NCBI GenBank assembly: GCA_028283245.1
Contig: JAPYNU010000073.1
Location: 383 to 64,382 of the forward strand
Source of the DNA: Candidatus Aldehydirespirator catecholifindens
GTDB taxonomy: Bacteria; Actinomycetota; Acidimicrobiia; Acidimicrobiales; Aldehydirespiratoraceae
DNA: 64,000 bases
Reading direction: 5' to 3'
Positions 58,539 through 64,000 of the stretch are shown here, piece after piece. The stretch's first letter is position 1, and every line of letters begins with the position of its first letter. The notes beneath the pieces were generated by a model. It searched no databases, was not told the DNA's origin, and was given only the letters and a program-made list of their open reading frames with translations. The position numbers and the translations under genes were made by a program.

Positions 58539-59792
58539 TTATCGGGATGCGCGATAACCCTCTAGGGCGTAGGGGTTTAGGAACTGGCGGCCCCAGAGGT
58601 ACTGCCTGTCGGCTTGGCTAGCAGCAGCGAGAGCGCAGGCCTCATCCCAGTGGTCGTGGATCGCTTCGATCTGGTGGTCGATGATCTCTCGAGCGTGCCG
58701 GAGCGTCAAGTGATAGTGCCCGGCGTGTGCAACACAGCGAGACAACTGGCTTAGACGATCGCCGTCGGGTCCGAAGGCCATCGCTTGTGCAGCCTCACCG
58801 CCGGTGCGTGCCTGCGGACAGATGTCGTATGCGGGAGTCAGCGTCAGGTTCGTGCCATCCCAGAACGCCGAATGGTTACGAGCGTGGTCGTCGGTATTGC
58901 CGACCAAGACGTTGAACACGATCCTTGCGAACAGTTCTCGAAGCGTCGCATCGGCGGTGGTGAACCTTGAACGGATCTCGTGAGCCAAATCTGCATAGGT
59001 GGCGTAGCGGCCAGCGATGCCGAAGGCATCATGGCGTTCAAGAATCGTTAGAGCCGACACCATCATCCGCCGAGCACCTAGATCGGTCCGGTCAAACCGA
59101 TCTACCAGCAGCGCGTCTTTGCCCAAGACACTCGCCATTTCCACCGCTGCAACATCAAGTCCAGCACGGCGAGCCAGATACATAGCAACGCACTCGGCCT
59201 TGACCACGGCATAGGGATCGCTAGATGAGGAGAATTTGGCGATCATGTGCCGGGTGCCGTCGGTTACGAGCGCCTTAGGTCTAGCACCGCCTACCGAGGT
59301 TCCGTGAAGCAGTACCCGATCCAGCGCAGGGGTGAGGGGTTCGCCGCTTTCAACACGTTCGACGGCTTCTACCAGCTGAGCCAGCGTTGCTGAATCGGCG
59401 TTGCGTGGCCGATAGACGCTGGCCGAAGACTGGAAGTCGAGCGCGCCGATGCGGTCAGACCCAGACTCAAGCAGGTATGCAAGAGTCGGTAATTCGAACC
59501 GGGCACTGCAGCGGCGATCAATGACTCGTCGTCCCCAGGCATCTGGAGCAGCATCGGCGATGCAGCCAGCTATCTCACCTGAGCGCGGCTGAAGCTCTCC
59601 TGATCTCAGCGGCAGTTCAGGCAAAAACAAAGCCACAGCATCTGTTCTTTGCAGGTAGCTCTGGGCGTAGGTAAAGGTCACTACCGTGCCGTGATCATCA
59701 AGCCTGCCAACCACAACCGGCTCAGCGGCACCTTCTGGCCAGACCCACACAAAGGCATAGTCTGGGTGAAGTGACACGGGGTCAGAAGTCAT
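58539..59792 (-). CDS. hipA: HipA-family serine/threonine kinase toxin (type II TA)
   Basis: 417 aa. HipA N-terminal coupling region, GGARPKALV, and catalytic loop VGNTDDHARNHSAFW...LTPAYDI. Confidence 0.85.
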   Translation of the reverse strand: MTSDPVSLHPDYAFVWVWPEGAAEPVVVGRLDDHGTVVTFTYAQSYLQRTDAVALFLPELPLRSGELQPRSGEIAGCIADAAPDAWGRRVIDRRCSARFELPTLAYLLESGSDRIGALDFQSSASVYRPRNADSATLAQLVEAVERVESGEPLTPALDRVLLHGTSVGGARPKALVTDGTRHMIAKFSSSSDPYAVVKAECVAMYLARRAGLDVAAVEMASVLGKDALLVDRFDRTDLGARRMMVSALTILERHDAFGIAGRYATYADLAHEIRSRFTTADATLRELFARIVFNVLVGNTDDHARNHSAFWDGTNLTLTPAYDICPQARTGGEAAQAMAFGPDGDRLSQLSRCVAHAGHYHLTLRHAREIIDHQIEAIHDHWDEACALAAASQADRQYLWGRQFLNPYALEGYRASR

Positions 59793-60108
59793 CGTCTACC
59801 TTGCTGGAGCGCACCGCCGCAGGCAGCACCGCCAAACGGGCTTGCACCACCTCACGCTCAGCGGAGCGCAAAAGCGGATCAGGATGAAACAACGTCACCC
59901 CGAGCAACGATGCCGCCTCGAATGCCGTGCCAAGCGCAACGCTCGGATCACCCCGCTCCACTTTGCGAATCGTGACCACCGAAACCCCGACCCTTTCAGC
60001 CAACTCAGCAAGCGTCCATCTGCGCTCACGTCGAGCCATCGCCACCCGGCTGCCGAGCAGCGCCGCTGCCTCAATCGTCTCGGGCCGAAAAGGCATTGAA
60101 AAACCCAT
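59782..60108 (-). CDS. hipB: XRE-family HTH antitoxin (HipB-like)
   Basis: 108 aa. RRERRWTLAELAERVGVSVVTIRKVERGDPSVALGTAFEAASLLGV. Overlaps the hipA start by 11 nt. Confidence 0.8.
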   Translation of the reverse strand: MGFSMPFRPETIEAAALLGSRVAMARRERRWTLAELAERVGVSVVTIRKVERGDPSVALGTAFEAASLLGVTLFHPDPLLRSAEREVVQARLAVLPAAVRSSKVDDDF

Positions 60109-60344
60109 ATAGAAACTTTACTATGCTTAAAGCAACTTCAAAGATATATCGACTTGTAAATTGTACATTCACCTAAACAGTGGATGCACAGCAGCTCAGG
60201 TTGCGAGCGGCCTTTGCCTGATCATCTCGGCGGATCGTGACGTAGAGCATTGTCAAGCAGCGGCTCAGTTTGTTAGTCCTGAAGCGTGAACACAAACCAG
60301 ATACGACCACGACAGCGCAAGCAGTCAACGGGCAGCTGCGGGCG

Positions 60345-61076
60345 TCAGTCTTCTAGCGACTTCGCGCCCAAGTAGCTGGCATCTAGCACGGCGCGGTCGG
60401 CCAGCATCTCGGACGCGTCGCCTTGCATCACCAGATCGCCGTGGTTGAGCACATAGCCGCGATCCGACACCTCCAACGCCAAGTCCACATGCTGTTCTAC
60501 CAGCAGCACTCCAGCACCGGCGTCGTCGGCAATGCGACGCACCACAGGCATCAACTCTTCGTAAATCACTGGGGCGAGCCCCAAGCTCATCTCGTCAACC
60601 ATCAGCAGTTTGGGCTCGGCAACAATAGCCCGTGCCAGAGCCAGCATCTGTTGTTCACCGCCGCTAAGCAAGCCAGCACGTCGACCGATCAACGGAACCA
60701 AAGCCGGAAAAAAGTCCATAGCCCGGTCAATGTTGACACGCCCTCGGGTTTTGGCGAGAAGCAGATTCTCACGCACCGTCAACTGGAACAGCAGCCCCCG
60801 GTTCTCGGGCACATGACTTACACCCCAGCGAGCTGCTCGGTGAGCCTGACGCAGTCGGGGCACCAGACGGTCCATGACCGTCACCGAGCCCGACATGATC
60901 TGCACCATGCCCGAAACCGTCATCAGCGTGGTGGTCTTGCCTGCGCCGTTCGGGCCGATCAGCGCCACCACCTCACCCGAGTCGACATGCAGATTCAAGT
61001 TGCGGACCACGGCCACGCCGTCGTAGCCAGCGTGAAGACATTCAATAGTGAGCAGCCGTTCACCGGTCATAGGCAA
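60345..61076 (-). CDS. livF: Branched-chain amino acid ABC transporter ATP-binding protein (LivF-type)
   Basis: GEVVALIGPNGAGKTTTL, signature LSGGEQQML, Walker B LLMVDE. Confidence 0.85.
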   Translation of the reverse strand: MPMTGERLLTIECLHAGYDGVAVVRNLNLHVDSGEVVALIGPNGAGKTTTLMTVSGMVQIMSGSVTVMDRLVPRLRQAHRAARWGVSHVPENRGLLFQLTVRENLLLAKTRGRVNIDRAMDFFPALVPLIGRRAGLLSGGEQQMLALARAIVAEPKLLMVDEMSLGLAPVIYEELMPVVRRIADDAGAGVLLVEQHVDLALEVSDRGYVLNHGDLVMQGDASEMLADRAVLDASYLGAKSLED

Positions 61077-61182
61077 TCACCGCACGGCAGCACACGCAGA
61101 CCCCTCATCGTCGGGGTCGGCGCATCGGCTTGGCTGTTGAGATGGCTTAGCTCCACAGGCAACAGCGTCGGCATACAGATCA

Positions 61183-61941
61183 TCATCCGGTTCCGCTGTG
61201 ACCGAGATAGGCGGCGATCACGTCGGCGTTGTTGCGCATCACGTCGGGGGTGCCCGAGGCGGTGAGTTGCCCGAACACCAGCATGTGGATGAAGTCGCAG
61301 ACGTTAAGCACCAGCCCCATATCGTGATCAACTACCAGCATGGTGTAACCCTGATCAACCAGGCAACGTAGTTGCGCGCCGAACCATTCGGTCTCGGCTT
61401 TGTCGAGGCCTGCTGCGGGCTCATCAAGCAGCAAGATATTGGATGATTCCGCCACCAAAGCGCGTCCCACACCCACCAGTTTGCGCTGGCCTTGAGACAG
61501 TTCACGGGGCTGACGCTCAGCAATATCGCCTAAGTTGAGCAACTCCAGCACCTCATCAACCCGCTCAGCACGCTGACGAGGCCGGAAATAATCAAGCAGC
61601 GCCGAGCCCACAGTCAGCCTCCGACTGGCGATATCAAGGTTGGAGCGCACCGTGACATCGTCAAAGAGTTCCAGCGTCTGCCATGTGCGGGTAAGGCCGT
61701 AATGAGACAGTCGATGGGGTGAACACCCAAAAACCTCCTCACCTTCAAGCAGCACCGAACCTTTCGAGTTGTTCGGCAAAAAACCAGTAACTGCGTCAAT
61801 GAAAGTTGTCTTGCCTGCGCCGTTCGGGCCGATCAGCCCAGTGAGTCGTCCCCGCCGACATTCCAGCGACACATCGTCAACAGCCACTAGGCCTCCGAAA
61901 CGAACCTTGAGCCCGACCGTGGCAAGCACCGCGTCAGACAT
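61183..61941 (-). CDS. livG: Branched-chain amino acid ABC transporter ATP-binding protein (LivG-type)
   Basis: MSDAVLATVGLKVRFGGLVAVDDVSL..., GLIGPNGAGKTT, LSQGQRKL, LLLDEPAAGL. The track ORF start at 62043 overlaps the permease, so Met35 (61941) is preferred. Confidence 0.85.
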   Translation of the reverse strand: MSDAVLATVGLKVRFGGLVAVDDVSLECRRGRLTGLIGPNGAGKTTFIDAVTGFLPNNSKGSVLLEGEEVFGCSPHRLSHYGLTRTWQTLELFDDVTVRSNLDIASRRLTVGSALLDYFRPRQRAERVDEVLELLNLGDIAERQPRELSQGQRKLVGVGRALVAESSNILLLDEPAAGLDKAETEWFGAQLRCLVDQGYTMLVVDHDMGLVLNVCDFIHMLVFGQLTASGTPDVMRNNADVIAAYLGHSGTG

Positions 61942-62006
61942 CGCCAGCCGCCAAACACAAAGCAAGTCGCTGCGCTTGATGAGCACAAACCAAGACATAC
62001 AGCACG

Positions 62007-64000
62007 TCAGGCATCGGCTTTCGTAGGGGCTCTGAGTCTCCAAAGTCTGTTCAACCTTGCGCCTAGCTGCTGAACCTGTTTGCGCTGGAATCCGTCGATG
62101 CCTTCATTGTTGTAAACCGCGGTCGCTATGAGAAAGAACCCGGCCACATAGGCGGTGTAGGGCCCTACATCAATAAACCATTCGTTGGTGACAACGATGC
62201 CTATGCCCTCTGAGAACAGCGTTCCTGCGGTGATAGCCCCGCCAACGGTGCTGATGCCACCAAGATAAGCGAAAGCCAGCAACGTCAAGGATGCGAAAAT
62301 CCCGAAGGAGTCGCCTCCAAAAGTTCCGAGGTCAAAAGCAATCAGCGTGCCGCCGAGTGCAGCAAGGAAGCTTGATATAGCGAAAGCCGAAAGCTTGATG
62401 GCAGCCACATTCACTCCGGCCGCGGCTGCGGCCCGCTCGTTGGCTCGCACGGCCAACATCTGCTCACCGAGACGCGATCGACGCAAGCGCATGACCGAGA
62501 TGCAACAAGCCGCAACCACAAAAAGCAGAAATACGCCGTAACCACCGGTGGGGACTTTGCCGTCACCAAGGAAGAATTTGCTGTTGGGACCGAACTCAAC
62601 ACCGAAGATGGCTGGTGTCCCTGCTGTTTTGATGCCACGGTCAAGACCAAACCATCCAGGACGAGCGAAGAAGATCTCCGCAATGGCAAGACCACTGGCC
62701 AGAGTGACTATCGCCAAGCTGGCACCTCGAGTACGCAGAGAGGGAATCGCTGCGATCAGCCCGAACCCAACCCCTGATGCCACCGCCAGCGGCACAGCTA
62801 CCAGCAACGTCATCTCAGCCTGATTAACGAACGATGCCACTGCGAAGGCGCTAACCCCCGCCAAAGCCATCTGCATCAGCGAGATCTGACCTACATATCC
62901 CGTCACTACTACCAGCGACAACGCCAGAATTATCCCGATCATTGAGTTCTGCATCCCATTTCGGTATTGGAAAGGCGCGAACACTGTCAGCCAGAATGCT
63001 CCCGCTATCAAGACCCCGTAGGCGATGACACGTCCGCGAGTGATGCGAGGCGAATGTGCATCAGGCAGCCGCTCCACGGTGAGCGCGCCTCGTGACGGCA
63101 GCGACTCACCTCGGATCACCATGGCCAAAGCGATCACCACGAACGGCAACGCCCTGCGGATGCCAATGTCGGGGATCCAATCCCATTCAAGTTCTAGACG
63201 GAACAGTTGCTGGTCAACGATGCCAAGCATGAAACCCGCTACTGCTGCGATCACGAACGACGACATCCTCCCCAGCAGCGCCGCCCCGAGCGAGGAGATC
63301 AGCAGCACTGTGAAGAAGTTGGGGGTCACTCCAGTGATTGGAGATACCAGGATGCCCACCAGTCCGGCCAGCACGGAAGCCATGACCCAGTTGACTCCAG
63401 CAGCGAAGTCGGCGTTGAAGCCAAGCAACGTAGCAAAACGCTCGTTCTCGGCACCGGCGCGAGTGGCAATCCCGAAACGGCTGTAACGAAACAGCAGCCA
63501 CAAACCGGCGGTAATGACTGCGACCGTTCCCAGAATCCAGAGGCGGTCTTGTCCCACCCGAGCACCGAAGATCTCAACCGGTTCGTTGGGGAAGATCGGC
63601 TCAGCGGCTTTGGCTCTAGCACCAAAGCGAAGCACCACCGCAGCCTGAAGAAACAACATGATGCCCAGCGAGGCGATCACCTTGGCTAGCACTGGGGCGT
63701 AACGCAGAGGACGAAATATCGCAAAATGAGCCACCAAACCGAGAGCAGCGGCGGTCGCCAAAGCGATCAGCAGAGCCGGAATCCTGGGCATCGAGTCGCC
63801 CATGTTGATGAAAGTCGGAAAGTCAAATATCTCAATGCCCGCAATACCTTCTATCGGGGCCAGCGGGTTAGGTAGCGGCGGCACCGGGTAACGGCCATCA
63901 CTCACCAGCGAGACATACACGTAGGTCACATAGGTGGCGACGGCACCGTGACCAAAGTTGATGACACCCGAAGCCCGGAAAGCCACCACAAGTCCGATAG
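62007..64000 (-). CDS. Fused LivH/LivM-type ABC transporter permease; N-terminus lies beyond the right window edge
   Basis: More than 660 aa of polytopic membrane protein. The frame is still open at 64000, and the first visible residues (ASGVINFGHGAV) are an internal LivH motif. Confidence 0.85.
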   Translation of the reverse strand, partial: IGLVVAFRASGVINFGHGAVATYVTYVYVSLVSDGRYPVPPLPNPLAPIEGIAGIEIFDFPTFINMGDSMPRIPALLIALATAAALGLVAHFAIFRPLRYAPVLAKVIASLGIMLFLQAAVVLRFGARAKAAEPIFPNEPVEIFGARVGQDRLWILGTVAVITAGLWLLFRYSRFGIATRAGAENERFATLLGFNADFAAGVNWVMASVLAGLVGILVSPITGVTPNFFTVLLISSLGAALLGRMSSFVIAAVAGFMLGIVDQQLFRLELEWDWIPDIGIRRALPFVVIALAMVIRGESLPSRGALTVERLPDAHSPRITRGRVIAYGVLIAGAFWLTVFAPFQYRNGMQNSMIGIILALSLVVVTGYVGQISLMQMALAGVSAFAVASFVNQAEMTLLVAVPLAVASGVGFGLIAAIPSLRTRGASLAIVTLASGLAIAEIFFARPGWFGLDRGIKTAGTPAIFGVEFGPNSKFFLGDGKVPTGGYGVFLLFVVAACCISVMRLRRSRLGEQMLAVRANERAAAAAGVNVAAIKLSAFAISSFLAALGGTLIAFDLGTFGGDSFGIFASLTLLAFAYLGGISTVGGAITAGTLFSEGIGIVVTNEWFIDVGPYTAYVAGFFLIATAVYNNEGIDGFQRKQVQQLGARLNRLWRLRAPTKADA

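Noticed and set aside
58232-58621. The 15-mer array as a CRISPR array, or as coding sequence (ORF with GITDIGITDIGITD)
   Set aside because: The units are contiguous with no spacers, only 15 nt long, and no cas genes are nearby, so this is not CRISPR. The three overlapping ORFs exist only because the repeat has no stops.
60423-61265. 280-aa plus-strand ORF spanning livF and the livF-livG spacer
   Set aside because: It is antisense to an ABC ATPase with intact Walker A, signature and Walker B motifs. Its own sequence is H/Q/R-rich and featureless.

Overview
High-GC, Actinomycetota-like chromosomal window, roughly 85-90% coding. The taxonomic call is inferred from gene order and protein sequences.

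The backbone is housekeeping:
- a split isobutyryl-CoA-mutase-like B12 mutase with MeaB
- glpX and pcrA
- a cbs plus cystathionine gamma-lyase pair
- guaB3-like and guaA
- groES-groEL with a perfect CIRCE operator
- tsaD / tsaB / tsaE - alr - nnr
- rplM-rpsI-glmM
- on the minus strand from about 57.7 kb down to 30.2 kb, almost the whole ribosomal super-operon (str-S10-spc-alpha: rpsG', fusA, tuf, rpsJ, rplC...rplQ, truA)
- a liv-type ABC transporter at the right edge

The unusual part is that this normally contiguous super-operon is broken three times by accessory DNA:
1. A 5.9-kb island sits between rpsJ and rplC. It carries an ERG4/ERG24-type sterol reductase next to a CYP51-type sterol 14-alpha-demethylase (consecutive sterol-processing steps), an AI-2E transporter, and an AAA/DUF4143 ATPase with an in-frame 21-nt repeat array.
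2. An XRE-ImmA/IrrE plus truncated PIN cassette sits between rpsG and fusA.
3. Where rpsL should be, there is a 5'-truncated HNH endonuclease remnant, a perfect 4x15-nt repeat and a HipBA module. rpsG itself carries three lesions: lost N-terminus, a 1-nt frameshift and a 6-nt duplication.

Other oddities:
- an orphan ribbon-helix-helix antitoxin-like ORF with no canonical start codon, sitting where rimI normally lies
- a His/Asp/Trp-rich repeat membrane protein
- repeat-encoded acidic C-terminal tails on several ribosomal proteins

No rRNA, tRNA, CRISPR array or intact transposase was seen. All family assignments come from reading the translations and from recalled motifs. No database search was run.
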